Counted from the stretch's first letter, positions 1 to 9,287 are shown. The stretch is 64,000 nucleotides of DNA from Opitutia bacterium (GCA_050506795.1 JBJHCF010000006.1:89442-153441); one strand, 5' to 3'. Translations and numbers: made by a program. Notes: a model not told the origin generated them from the letters alone.

Positions 1-309
1 CTCAGCGCTCTCAATCCCCTCATACGCCAATAGGCTGGTTCTCAGCAGGTGTCCGAAGCTGACGCCTTCCTGTTTCGCAGCCTTTGACAGCTTGTCTCGA
101 AGCTCTGCATCTATGCGAAACGAAATTTGCTTTCGCTCTTCCTTTCCGGCATCGAACTTAGCAAAATCGACTCGTGAAAGCACTTCTCGAATGACATCAC
201 TGGTCGATTTGTAACGACCGCTGGCACGCAATTCCTCAATCCTGGCGAGTGAGGTTGCATCGAGATCGACGGTGAGTGGCGCTTTCTTAGGTTTTCTTGT
301 TTCATTCAT
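1..309 (-). CDS. Tandem ribbon-helix-helix (CopG/MetJ-like) DNA-binding protein, 3' end outside the window
   Basis: Not in the ORF track because it has no stop in the window. Manual translation from ATG at 309: MNETRKPKKAPLTVDLDATSLARIEELRASGRYKSTSDVIREVLSRVDFAKFDAGKEERKQISFRIDAELRDKLSKAAKQEGVSFGHLLRTSLLAY. It has two strand-helix-helix units (LTVDL..STSDVIRE and QISFRID..VSFGHLLR). Confidence 0.75.
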   Translation of the reverse strand, partial: MNETRKPKKAPLTVDLDATSLARIEELRASGRYKSTSDVIREVLSRVDFAKFDAGKEERKQISFRIDAELRDKLSKAAKQEGVSFGHLLRTSLLAYEGIESAE

Positions 310-417
310 GGTTGATGGCAAACAACCAGCACTGTACCGAAGCATCTGCGTGGAATTCAAACGGCAAAATGGTTGGCGCAGGGACCCTGTCGGACCATCA
401 ACACCTGATTCCTGGGC

Positions 418-1800
418 TCACAACATGCCGTCTCCCGCATCCTCCCGCCAGGCGTACCAGTCGCCAATCCCGAGCCGCTCGGCGAAGGCGTCGACCATTT
501 TCCACTCGTCCCCGTCGGGCAGTTCGGAATCGAGTTCCCGCCAGAGGGAATAGAGTTTCCGGCCCTCGTTGAAGGCGGGGAGCTTCGCATAGGTCCCGGC
601 GTTGGCGGTCGCTCCGCCGTAGAGATCGTCGGTGAACAGGGCGTAGGCGGTGTTGAGGGCGTCGTTGTAGCGGAGGATCGCTGCGGGGAAGGTTTCGCGG
701 ACTCGGGGCGACAGGGTGCCGGTCCGGGCCTCGTGGGCAAGCTGGGCGATCCCGCAGAACTGCGCTTGTTTGAGTTCGGGGTGGTTCTCGCGGATCTTGC
801 GCTCGATCCGCATATCGATGGCGCAGTTGTAAAGCAGGCTGGTGATACCGTCGAAAACCTGGGTGAAGAGCTGATTGATCGCGTCGGAATCGAAGCCTTT
901 ACGGCCGAGGGTGGCGAGGGGACTGGCCAGAGTCTCCCGGGCCGCCGTACGCTCGCGGTTCGAGGCCGTGAACCACATGCTCGCTCCACGCTTGCGCGCC
1001 GCGCTTTCCAGGATCACGTGGTAGAGTTCGTGGGCCTGGAGGTGGTGTTTGAGAATTTCGGGGAAATCGCCGCTTCGTAAAATGAGCTGGTGGTGGTCGA
1101 GCCCGTGTTTCCAGGCCATGCGGATCTTGGCGCCGATGTGCTGGGGCAGTTGACCCGGCGTTTCCTTGACCGGGTAGCCCGAGAGCTCCTCGGTCTGTCG
1201 GCGAAGGTCGGTGACGGCGCGGAGCGATTCGTCCTGGCGGTTATTCGCGAGGATGTTCTCGACCTTGATGAAGGTGGAGCGGGCTTCCTGCAGCATGGCG
1301 GCGGCCCGGGCGTCCTCGTGGTCGGATTCGTGGAAGAGGACTTCGAAGGCGGCCTCAGCCCCGGGAAAATCTTGTCGGCGAACGTACACCATGGCCTTGC
1401 CGTAATGGGCGTTGGCGAAACGCGGGTTCGCCTTGAGCGCCAGGGCGAAGTGCCGGAGGGCTTCCTCCTCCCGGTCCTCTTCGAGGTGGGCGGCGGCGAG
1501 GCTGTTGTGGGCGTAAGGATCGTCCGGGGCGATCTCGATGGCGCGTTCGAGCAGCGTGGCGGCCATCTTGGGGTTGTTTTCGAATTTCGAGTAGTGGTTG
1601 GCCAGAATGACGTAACTCCAGTGGTCGTCGGGAGTGACCCGAAGGGGGTGGCGGAATCTGTCTATGGGGCGGTGAATATACGGAGCCCTGAGGAACGGTG
1701 GGTCGTCTGGGCTACCGGGCGGACAGAACGATTTTTCAAGCTGGGGCGGGTTTCTCCGGCGAGTGGGTGATTCATTCCCGGGCTGTGGGGATCTCCACAA
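418..1800 (-). CDS. TPR-repeat protein with an HExxH motif; start uncertain, possibly a truncated gene
   Basis: TPR-like helices (LERAIEIAPDDPYAHNSLAAAH, ALKANPRFANAHYGKAMVY) and AHELYH. The first ~50 codons are Pro/Arg-rich and look non-coding; the first in-frame ATG inside the coding-like part is near 1566. Confidence 0.65.
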   Translation of the reverse strand: MWRSPQPGNESPTRRRNPPQLEKSFCPPGSPDDPPFLRAPYIHRPIDRFRHPLRVTPDDHWSYVILANHYSKFENNPKMAATLLERAIEIAPDDPYAHNSLAAAHLEEDREEEALRHFALALKANPRFANAHYGKAMVYVRRQDFPGAEAAFEVLFHESDHEDARAAAMLQEARSTFIKVENILANNRQDESLRAVTDLRRQTEELSGYPVKETPGQLPQHIGAKIRMAWKHGLDHHQLILRSGDFPEILKHHLQAHELYHVILESAARKRGASMWFTASNRERTAARETLASPLATLGRKGFDSDAINQLFTQVFDGITSLLYNCAIDMRIERKIRENHPELKQAQFCGIAQLAHEARTGTLSPRVRETFPAAILRYNDALNTAYALFTDDLYGGATANAGTYAKLPAFNEGRKLYSLWRELDSELPDGDEWKMVDAFAERLGIGDWYAWREDAGDGML

Positions 1801-2647
1801 TGGCGAGAATGTTTTCTCCGAAGACGAGATCGCCTTCGGGGTAGCGTGTGGAACGGGTATCCGGTGATCTTTCGTCGCGTGGGGGAATGGGGGTTCCGCG
1901 GAGGTCGTTGCCGCCTGGACCCACGGAATAGAGGGTGTAGGTATGACTTGTCCGCTGGTAAGCGAGCGGGCGATGGGTGGCGAACGGATCGACTGTTAGC
2001 CGAGGGAGGTAATTTGGATGAAGGGCTTCGAGGCGGTCGGGATAGGCTCCTGTATCTTCCCTGTGGGCGTGAAGAGCCAAGGCTGTCAGAAGGAGCTCTC
2101 CGGCGGCTTTAGTGGTTATCGCGTAGTCCCAGGCCAGAAATACCGTTTCCCTGAGCGATGCGACCGGCCTCGGGCTTCCCGGCAGGTTCTCCAGGAGCGC
2201 CACGCCATCGACGAAAACCGGTTGATCCACTGCTTGGGTCGCTGCCAGCATGACTTGGTCGGTTCCGGATGCCAGGCGTTGTTTATGCATCCAAAGAGAG
2301 TGCCAGCGGATACGCAGTCGGTCCAAAAAGGCGAACTCAGAGAATTCTTTGCCTGCGATGTCCAGCGCGGTGGGTGTCTCGGCGACATACGTTTTCGCAG
2401 CGTTCCGTCTCCAATACGATTCGTCATCGAGACGGTCTGCCCTTACTTCGAAACGCGTGAGCTGAGCCGTATCCTCAATCGCGTTTGCTGCGTCCAGGTA
2501 GACATCGAACGCGTTGACCTCGGGGACGGGTATGGAGTCAAGCGTGGTAAACTCCGGCATTCTGTTCCCGTCGATCCGCCACCAGATAGCGGCGATAACG
2601 ATAGCCAGGAGCAGAAGGGTGCCGGAAAGGAGGACTTTTCGGAGCAT
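1772..2647 (-). CDS. Hypothetical membrane-anchored protein with a GspG-like C-terminal segment
   Basis: N-terminal hydrophobic helix; the C-terminal YPDRLEALHPNYLPRLTVDPF..YTLYSVGPGG resembles the pseudopilin GspG C-terminal motif common in PVC hypothetical proteins. Confidence 0.6.
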   Translation of the reverse strand: MLRKVLLSGTLLLLAIVIAAIWWRIDGNRMPEFTTLDSIPVPEVNAFDVYLDAANAIEDTAQLTRFEVRADRLDDESYWRRNAAKTYVAETPTALDIAGKEFSEFAFLDRLRIRWHSLWMHKQRLASGTDQVMLAATQAVDQPVFVDGVALLENLPGSPRPVASLRETVFLAWDYAITTKAAGELLLTALALHAHREDTGAYPDRLEALHPNYLPRLTVDPFATHRPLAYQRTSHTYTLYSVGPGGNDLRGTPIPPRDERSPDTRSTRYPEGDLVFGENILAIVEIPTARE

Positions 2648-2759
2648 GGACCGTATCTTCTTTCCGAACCAGCCGGGAGGTCAATCGGCATTCGGGTTAG
2701 AGGGGTCAGTGGCGTTCGCAGGGTCGGTTTCCCGGGGATTCGGCAGCACCCGCCGGGAA

Positions 2760-3311
2760 TCAATAGCCAAATAGCCCCTCTAAGATCAGAAAGGCGATGA
2801 CACCGCCAACTATTGCGATCAGCGAAACCACCTTTCCCAGGGCGGCAAATGATAGGAACTCGCGAATCGGGGAGCAGAAAAAATGGAAAAACAACAGCAA
2901 TGCGGTGCCGACACAGACGATCGCCAGGGCTGAAGCTTGGGTTTCGGTGTATTCATGGAATTCCCGCATCCTCCAGTCCCACCACAGTATTGATCTTTGG
3001 CCGAATGCTTTGACAGCGTAGAGCAGTGGAAAGGCCGGCAAAATGATGCCCAGGAATAGCCGGCTTGGCAGGCCTCCCGAGGCCGGAATGCTGAGGCGGT
3101 CTCCTACCTCGTTGGGATGCCACAAAAGCCAAAGCACCACCCCCGCCGCTATCAGCATCCCGACGAATGCCAGAACAACCAGCAACAATTGCAGAGGAAG
3201 GGGGATAGAACTGGTTGAGGATACTATGATCATGGAGGAGAGGAAAGGCTGACTCTGGAGCACAGGATGGTTTAGGCCGCTGTGATCTTGGTGGGGCGTA
3301 TTGGAAACCAT
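2760..3311 (-). CDS. Hypothetical integral membrane protein (about 4 TM helices); start uncertain
   Basis: Four hydrophobic segments in a 183-aa ORF. Confidence 0.55.
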   Translation of the reverse strand: MVSNTPHQDHSGLNHPVLQSQPFLSSMIIVSSTSSIPLPLQLLLVVLAFVGMLIAAGVVLWLLWHPNEVGDRLSIPASGGLPSRLFLGIILPAFPLLYAVKAFGQRSILWWDWRMREFHEYTETQASALAIVCVGTALLLFFHFFCSPIREFLSFAALGKVVSLIAIVGGVIAFLILEGLFGY

Positions 3312-3920
3312 TCACGCTGCTGAGGCAATGTCCTGGTGTCAGGGTCGGGCCGGGCCGGTTGGACCCGCGAGAGCGGACCCCCGGAGGAAGGATTTTCCAA
3401 GCGCCTGGAATTTTAATCCGCCCCCTTTGGCGGAGAGAATGTCCGCCGGAATCATGACCCCCCGGGCCCGTCTTTGTCCCGGGGTATGCGAGGGGGGTGC
3501 CGGGGAACTGGAGGGAATGGAACGGACCTGTCGTCTCTTGGCCGTCCGGAGCCCTGTCGTCGGCTCTGCGCACCGCTCACTCATGTCACTCGGCGTGAGC
3601 AGGCGGATGATGCGCTGGCCGCAAGGGGGGAGGCCGCTGAGGGGGTTTGGTCGGCCGCCCGGTTGGCACCAGTTCCTCCGGTGTGGGTTATGGGTGGACT
3701 GGAGGGAGGAGGGTCAGGGGGGCGCGCAGCTTCTCGTGTGGACTCCCAGACAGGGCCGCGCAGAGAAGTCAATTTTCACTGTAAAGATAGCGCCCTTCCT
3801 TCTTTTCGTATTTCTTTGGAAGGCTGGTGCCGGAGGGGACGATTCGGAGGGGCGGGTCTCGCGGATGAAGGAACTCCTGTACGGACCGGAAGGGATTTCG
3901 GATGCGCTTGTCCGGGGCGT

Positions 3921-4067
3921 TCATGACAAACTCCAAGGGCGACATCTGGAGGTGTGCGACGATCGACCGCGGTTGTGCTTCTGCAGACGCGCCTTCAGAT
4001 CGGAGGTAAGGCCGATGTAGGTTTGTTCGGGATAAGGTTGGGAACGCAGGAGGTAGACGTAGTGCAT
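3921..4067 (-). pseudogene. Truncated GIY-YIG nuclease (48 aa)
   Basis: MHYVYLLRSQPYPEQTYIGLTSDLKARLQKHNRGRSSHTSRCRPW contains YVY..YIG..RL..HN but stops before the C-terminal helix that carries the catalytic Glu; no convincing continuation in the neighbouring frames I read. Confidence 0.8.
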
Positions 4068-4075
4068 GACGGGGT

Positions 4076-4153
4076 TTCCGCCGTCGCCCTGCGGGCTATG
4101 GCGCGCAGCCTTCGCCGGGACTTCGGCTTGCCAGCCGAAGCCTTGGCGAAGGC
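4076..4153 (-). repeat. Palindromic leader between the tmRNA 3' end and the GIY-YIG gene
   Basis: Minus strand GCCTTCGCCAAGGCTTCGGCTGGCAAGCCGAAGTCCCGGCGAAGGC forms nested inverted repeats (GCCTTCGCC/GGCGAAGGC and CTTCGGCT/AGCCGAAG). Confidence 0.6.
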
Positions 4154-4509
4154 TGGAGGTGGCGGGAGTCGAACCCGCGTCCCCTGAGGCTTCACGTGAG
4201 GCTTCTACATGTTTAGCTTTTCTATATACCTCGCCCCTGGTCCGCGGAAAAGCGCGCAAACCAGAAGGCCAGCCACCGGTGAACGTACGGTCCAGGCGCC
4301 GGAAGCGCCCGCCTGGACTATGCCTGCTGGTCGTCGCCCCGCTCTCTAGCAGGTGTCAAGAGAAGGACGTGGCTGCAGCTTAATTAAGCAGCCATTGGCA
4401 GTTGTTCTTCATTGCCAGTTACTTGGTTGATGGACGTTTTACGAGGCCAACCATCATCCTCGACATGCCACCTCACACTCCAACTCAGGGTCGAATCCAG
4501 AACACCCCC
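4154..4509 (-). ncRNA. ssrA: tmRNA; predicted tag (A)GNEEQLPMAA*
   Basis: 5' GGGGGTGTTCTGGATTCGAC; 3' GCGGGTTCGACTCCCGCCACCTCCA with T-arm and an acceptor stem containing a G.U pair; TAACT-GGC resume context followed by a tag ending GCT GCT TAA; 356 nt; CCA not encoded. smpB is also in the window. Confidence 0.96.
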
Positions 4510-4606
4510 GATGCGTCGGTGTGAGAGGAAATTCCTCTCAAAGAACGGTGAATTGCCGTGCCGTGCGTCGATTCCGGCGACGGACGGGTTTGGCGTTTAC
4601 AGGATG

Positions 4607-4636
4607 ACCATAAACGGAGTCAGGGGGATTTGGCAA
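4607..4636 (-). promoter_or_regulatory. Putative sigma70 promoter of ssrA
   Basis: TTGCCA-N18-TATGGT on the minus strand, about 100 bp upstream of the mature 5' end. Confidence 0.4.
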
Positions 4637-4758
4637 GTGCGGGGAAGAGTTTTGTTGGCGGAAGAAATGAATCTCACGCCCGCTTCGATCAAGACCCGGA
4701 GACCCAAAGATTCAAGAAACGGCCCAGCCACCTCCCGAGCCAAAGCCAGGGCCGTGTG

Positions 4759-4787
4759 AACCACGAAATACACGAAATTCACGAAAT
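4759..4787 (+). repeat. Short tandem repeat (CACGAAAT)x3, 9-bp period
   Basis: aaccacgaaatacacgaaattcacgaaat seen directly. Confidence 0.75.
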
Positions 4788-4857
4788 GGGGGTAAGAATA
4801 TCCGGATCCAAAGCCTCGGAGACCTTTATGAGTTTTTGGAGCTTGTGTCTCCGAAAA

Positions 4858-4921
4858 TGTCCTGCTTGAAGCACGGACCTACGTGGCGGAGCCATAAGAG
4901 TAGCGCCGTGCTTCAGCCGGC
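4858..4921. repeat. Pair of GTAG-type REP-like palindromes
   Basis: tgtcctgcttgaagcacggacctac and gtagcgccgtgcttcagccggc; related copies at 15951-16033 and 63782-63806. Confidence 0.6.
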
Positions 4922-5049
4922 CTGCCTTCTTCGCTCGGTAGTGGGTAATAAGTCCAGTGCCGGGTGACGGTATGAAAAGCCGACTGAGGGGCTTGGGGTC
5001 TTTGCGTGAGCCTGAACCGAACCGCCAACCAATTGGTATCAACTCCAAG

Positions 5050-5664
5050 TTATGGGAAGTGCAGGTCGTGGTGGGTTTGGAGCCAGGTCTCGAGGTTTTC
5101 GATGAGGGGGGCGGCGTGGCGGAGGGGGGCTTCGGGGAGATCGGCCAGGGGGTGGTGGATGAGGGAGTCGGCGGCGGCGCGACGAGACGTGGGGAGCGTG
5201 CGGAACCAGTCTTCCCGTACTGCGAAACCTTCGTCGCGGGCGTAGAGGTACAGGGCTTTGAGGTAGACCACTTCGGGGTGAGGGGTCTTTTCCCAGGCAT
5301 CGAGAGCGTGCCCGAGGGCAATGAAAAGATCGGCGGCGGCATCCGCGTGCAGGGGGTTCTTCATCAATACGGCGGCGAACCGACTCGCGTATTCAAGAGT
5401 TCGGTACGAGCGACCGAGGCCGGGGAAGTGACGGGTGATAAGCCATTCCTTGAGGAACCAGGTACGGCCTTCGTTGCGCGTTTCGATGACGGCTTCCATA
5501 CGATCGAAGAGATCTGGCGGGATCGCCGTTCCCGCTTTGCGACGGCTCTCGCGGCGGAAGACGGTCAGGATGCCGAGTCGTTCGGCGAAGATCCGCAGGC
5601 GCTGCATGGATTCACCCGAGGGTTCCCGGGTAAGAACGAAGGCGTTGGTGGTTTCGAACGGCAC
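5050..5664 (-). CDS. recO: DNA repair protein RecO (divergent)
   Basis: N-terminal AFVLTREPSGES..RLRIFAERLGIL matches the RecO OB-fold start; it lies downstream of phoH-HD-ybeY, a common context. Confidence 0.7.
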   Translation of the reverse strand: MPFETTNAFVLTREPSGESMQRLRIFAERLGILTVFRRESRRKAGTAIPPDLFDRMEAVIETRNEGRTWFLKEWLITRHFPGLGRSYRTLEYASRFAAVLMKNPLHADAAADLFIALGHALDAWEKTPHPEVVYLKALYLYARDEGFAVREDWFRTLPTSRRAAADSLIHHPLADLPEAPLRHAAPLIENLETWLQTHHDLHFP

Positions 5665-5714
5665 GAGGAATTCGCCGGTCCGCGCCGGCGGGCCGACAGT
5701 CTTTGGTAATGCTT

Positions 5715-6431
5715 CTAATGTTTCGTTTCGGGGCTTTCGGCCGGTAATCGTTTCTCAGCGTTTTCGTTGACGCCGGAGACCCGGGTTTGCTCCCGATAAG
5801 GCGGAACCACGGCGCCTCCGGAGATAATGAGCTTCATTCCTTCGCCCACGCTCATTTCCAGTTCGATAACGTCTTCTTTGGGCACCATGAGGAGGAATCC
5901 GCTGGTCGGATTGGGAGTGGTGGGGACGAACACGTTGCAGAGGTCGGCCGAGGTTTTTGCCTGGGTTTCCCCTTTGGCGGTACTGGTGAGGAATCCGATG
6001 GCGTAGGTGCCTTTGCGGGGATATTCCAGCATGACCACTTTTTGGAATACCGCTTTTTCCTGAAGACTGAAAGTCTCCACGATCTGTTTGACCGATCCGT
6101 AGACGGTTTTCACAAACGGGAAGGAGGTGATGACCTTCTCCGAAAGGTTGACGAAGTAGCGGGCGATGAGGTAGCGGGACAGGAATCCGAGAACCGTCAC
6201 CAGGATCATCACTTTGATGGTGGCGGCGATGTTCCACAGGGCGACGAGACCGCGGCGTTGCAGGAGATGTTCGGGGATGTAAAAGAAGAAGTAGTCCCGG
6301 AACTGGCCGCCCACGTTGGAAATAAGGATGTTGAAAACGTACAGGGTGACTGCGATCGGCGTCAGGAGAACAACTCCTGCCAGGAACGCTTTGCGCAGGG
6401 AGATTAATATGGCGGAGGTCCGTTGATTCAT
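5715..6431 (-). CDS. DUF502 family membrane protein
   Basis: FLAGVVLLTPIAVT, VFQKVVMLEYPRKG, VFVPTTPNPTSGFLL; the ATG overlaps the ybeY stop (ATGA). Confidence 0.92.
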   Translation of the reverse strand: MNQRTSAILISLRKAFLAGVVLLTPIAVTLYVFNILISNVGGQFRDYFFFYIPEHLLQRRGLVALWNIAATIKVMILVTVLGFLSRYLIARYFVNLSEKVITSFPFVKTVYGSVKQIVETFSLQEKAVFQKVVMLEYPRKGTYAIGFLTSTAKGETQAKTSADLCNVFVPTTPNPTSGFLLMVPKEDVIELEMSVGEGMKLIISGGAVVPPYREQTRVSGVNENAEKRLPAESPETKH

Positions 6432-6913
6432 TTCGGCTGTTCGACCTGAAAATTCGGAATAAGGTGCGAATTTTCCAGTAAATCCATCGCTTTTTTTTCG
6501 GCCGTCCGCATTTTCCTTTTTTTCACGGGTTCGAGGTCGTCGAAACCGCACAAATGAAGGTAGCCGTGAACAAGATAGAGGGTGAGTTCGCGGGAAAAAT
6601 CGAGGTTGCGCCGGCGGGAGTAGTCGAGGGCGTGTTCGCCCGAGATGCAGATTTCGCCCGCGAAATCCATTTCCGGGCTTCCTTCGAAGGTGATCACGTC
6701 GGTGGGATCGGGATCGTCGAAGAACTCCTGGTGCAGGCGGGCGATTTCGGCGTCGTCCATAAAAACCACCGACAGTTCTCCCGGAGGGCAATTGAAGAGA
6801 AGGCAGTCATCGAGTGCGTGTATAGCGCGACGAATCTCAGCGGGTTTGAGCTGAAGGCTTTTCCAGTTCCTCCGAACCGGTACCTCTCTCGGCATTTTTC
6901 TCGCTGGCTTCAT
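6428..6913 (-). CDS. ybeY: rRNA maturation endoribonuclease YbeY (true start may be 6895)
   Basis: PTDVITF, GEICIS and the HGYLHLCGFDD zinc motif. Confidence 0.93.
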   Translation of the reverse strand: MKPARKMPREVPVRRNWKSLQLKPAEIRRAIHALDDCLLFNCPPGELSVVFMDDAEIARLHQEFFDDPDPTDVITFEGSPEMDFAGEICISGEHALDYSRRRNLDFSRELTLYLVHGYLHLCGFDDLEPVKKRKMRTAEKKAMDLLENSHLIPNFQVEQPK

Positions 6914-9287
6914 CTTGTTCGCCCTCGGGGGGCCTGGCGGTGCGTTTGTCGCCGTCCTTGGCGTCGGAGGGATACTCCACCCGGGAGTGGAGCATGTTCA
7001 GCAGGGTGAAGCAAAAGCTTTTCTTGATACGGGAGATTTCGTCCATGGTAAGCGGACACTCGTCCAGCTGACCATCCTCGATCCGCCCTTGGAAAATTTT
7101 GTCTATCAAGTCTTCGAGGTTCTGTTGATTGACCTTTTTGAGGCTCCGGCTGGCCGCTTCCACCGCGTCGGCGAAGAAAATGACGGCGCTTTCCTTGAAC
7201 TGGGGTTTGGGCCCGTCGTAGCGGTAGGTGGTTTCGCTCACGGTGTCGCCTTCACGGGAATCGGCGTCGGCGAACGGCGGGACCGTATTCTTTTTTTCGA
7301 ACTGTTTTGCCTGGTGGAAGAAGTACTCGATCAGAGTGGTGCCGTGGTGTTGGCGAATGATGTCGATGATGACGCGGGGCAATTTGAAATTGACCGCCAG
7401 GTCGACGCCTTCCTTGACGTGACTCTTGATGATGAGGGCGCTGAAGGATGGGTTGCGCTCGCTGTGCGGGTTGAAGCCGTCGCGCTGGTTTTCTGTGAAA
7501 TATTCGGGTTTCACCAGTTTGCCGATGTCGTGGAACAGGGCGCAAACGCGGCACTTGAGCGGGTTGGCGTCGATTTCACCGGCGGCGTTCTCCGCCAGGT
7601 TGGCCACTACGAGGCTGTGATGATAACTGCCGGGCGCCTCCATTTGCATCCGTTTGAGGAGCGGATGATTGGTGTCGGTGAGTTCCAGCAGCGTAATGTC
7701 GGTAATGCGGCGAAAGAGGGTCTCCAGGATGGGAAGCAAGCCCACGACAATAATGCCGGTGAGGGCGCCGACCGCCAGGCCGGCGGCCATCTGGGTGACA
7801 ATGATGGTGAGTTCGAGCCTCGAGGCCAATCCGAGGAAAAGAGCCGCGGCCGCCACCGTGAGTCCGGTCAGGCAGGCGGCCTTGACCAGCCGTCCGCGAA
7901 AGCGAACCTGGTGGCAGTAATAAATGCCGACCAGCGCGGACAGGAAGGCCACCACGAACATCTCAACCTTGTAGCCGAACATGATGGCGGCGAAGAAACT
8001 GATGATCAGGGCCATGAAAATGGCGGGACGCTGGCCGATCAGCATGGCGACGATCAGGGGCGAGAATGCGGTGGGGGTGAGGTAGGGAATGGCGGCCATC
8101 CAGGTGGTGTGGGCGGCGACGGCGGGAACATTGACCAGTTTTATGACCGACCAGACGAGGCTTAGGTTGATAGTCGCCAACAGTCCGAGGAGCGCGAGCC
8201 GGCTGTTGCTCTTGAGCGTTTCGCGGTCCTCGATGCGGATGTAGACTGCGGCGGACAGAAGAATTCCAACGACCAGCAGGAGGCGATGCAACCTCTGTTC
8301 ATCCAGTTCGAGCGGTTGCTCGCCGTGGGCGGCGAGGGTCTCTCGGTAGGCGAGGTACATTTCGTATTGGTCCTCGGTTACCGTGGTGCCGGGGCGAATG
8401 ATCGTGTCGCCTTCTTCCACGCCGACCATGACGGGCGGGGTTTCACGGGCGACGCGCGCCTTGCGTTCCTCGGTGCGGGTCTCGTCGTACTCGAAGTTCG
8501 GTACCAACCCGTCGCGGATAATCCTGCGCAGGGCCAGAACGACGTTCTGTGGAGCATCGAGCGATTCGATGCGTGATCGCAACTCCAGGCGGGCCTCTTC
8601 TTCGTTGCGAATGCTGCGATCGCTGAGGCGTGTCTCGTCCGGCCCGTAAATCGTGAACAAGGTCAAGCCGTCGGAGGGATCGTCGCTGGGAAAGGATTCC
8701 GGGGAGTAAATCCCATCCCGATGAATCTCCTCCAACATGCGCAGGGCTTCGCGAAAGAGGTTTTGCCTGGTTTCGGGATCGGTGTGCTCGAGCAGCGACA
8801 GGATATCTTCGGTCGTCGGGGTGTGGCGCGACCGTTCGGCATGGGCGTCGACAAATCCCCGAACGGCGGTAATGCGGCCTTCCTCCTCCAGATCGCGGGT
8901 ATTTTCATCCAGCAGATCGATTTCCCGGGCCAGGGCGCCGACCTCGTCGGCGAAAGCCTCAAAATGCCGGGGCTGTATGGAGTAGGCCGGACCGACCAGG
9001 TTGATCCGGCGCTGGCGTTCGCGTTCGGTCAGTAGTTCGCTGCGGTAGTCGAATGGCACTGTCGCGGTGACCCGGATCGGGGAGACCTGGTGGGGAATGA
9101 TCTGGGCGCCGCCGGAATCGAGTCCGATCAGGCTGAGCATACCGATGCCGGCGGCGGTGAGCACGAAAATCGCGCCTGAAATTAGGGGACTGGTTTCCAG
9201 GTAGCGGACAAAACGCGTCTGCTGATCCGTCTTTCGTTTACGGCGGGAAGTCTCGGTGGAACCGGGTTTGGTCGATTTTGTAACCAT
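6837..9287 (-). CDS. 7TM-HD/HDIG phosphohydrolase (YqfF/PgpH-like cyclic dinucleotide phosphodiesterase)
   Basis: N-terminal TM, large extracytoplasmic domain, multi-TM block, then APGSYHHS, FHDIGK, QHHGTT, ADAVEAASR; sits between phoH and ybeY. Confidence 0.92.
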   Translation of the reverse strand: MVTKSTKPGSTETSRRKRKTDQQTRFVRYLETSPLISGAIFVLTAAGIGMLSLIGLDSGGAQIIPHQVSPIRVTATVPFDYRSELLTERERQRRINLVGPAYSIQPRHFEAFADEVGALAREIDLLDENTRDLEEEGRITAVRGFVDAHAERSRHTPTTEDILSLLEHTDPETRQNLFREALRMLEEIHRDGIYSPESFPSDDPSDGLTLFTIYGPDETRLSDRSIRNEEEARLELRSRIESLDAPQNVVLALRRIIRDGLVPNFEYDETRTEERKARVARETPPVMVGVEEGDTIIRPGTTVTEDQYEMYLAYRETLAAHGEQPLELDEQRLHRLLLVVGILLSAAVYIRIEDRETLKSNSRLALLGLLATINLSLVWSVIKLVNVPAVAAHTTWMAAIPYLTPTAFSPLIVAMLIGQRPAIFMALIISFFAAIMFGYKVEMFVVAFLSALVGIYYCHQVRFRGRLVKAACLTGLTVAAAALFLGLASRLELTIIVTQMAAGLAVGALTGIIVVGLLPILETLFRRITDITLLELTDTNHPLLKRMQMEAPGSYHHSLVVANLAENAAGEIDANPLKCRVCALFHDIGKLVKPEYFTENQRDGFNPHSERNPSFSALIIKSHVKEGVDLAVNFKLPRVIIDIIRQHHGTTLIEYFFHQAKQFEKKNTVPPFADADSREGDTVSETTYRYDGPKPQFKESAVIFFADAVEAASRSLKKVNQQNLEDLIDKIFQGRIEDGQLDECPLTMDEISRIKKSFCFTLLNMLHSRVEYPSDAKDGDKRTARPPEGEQDEASEKNAERGTGSEELEKPSAQTR

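Noticed and set aside
3450..3560. Guanidine-I/ykkC-like riboswitch fragments on the minus strand (AGGGCTCCGG, GGTCCG, CGGGACAAAG..CCCGGG)
   Set aside because: The conserved CGAGAG and ACACGG elements and the P1 pairing are missing, and the downstream gene is not a typical ykkC target; probably chance in GC-rich DNA.
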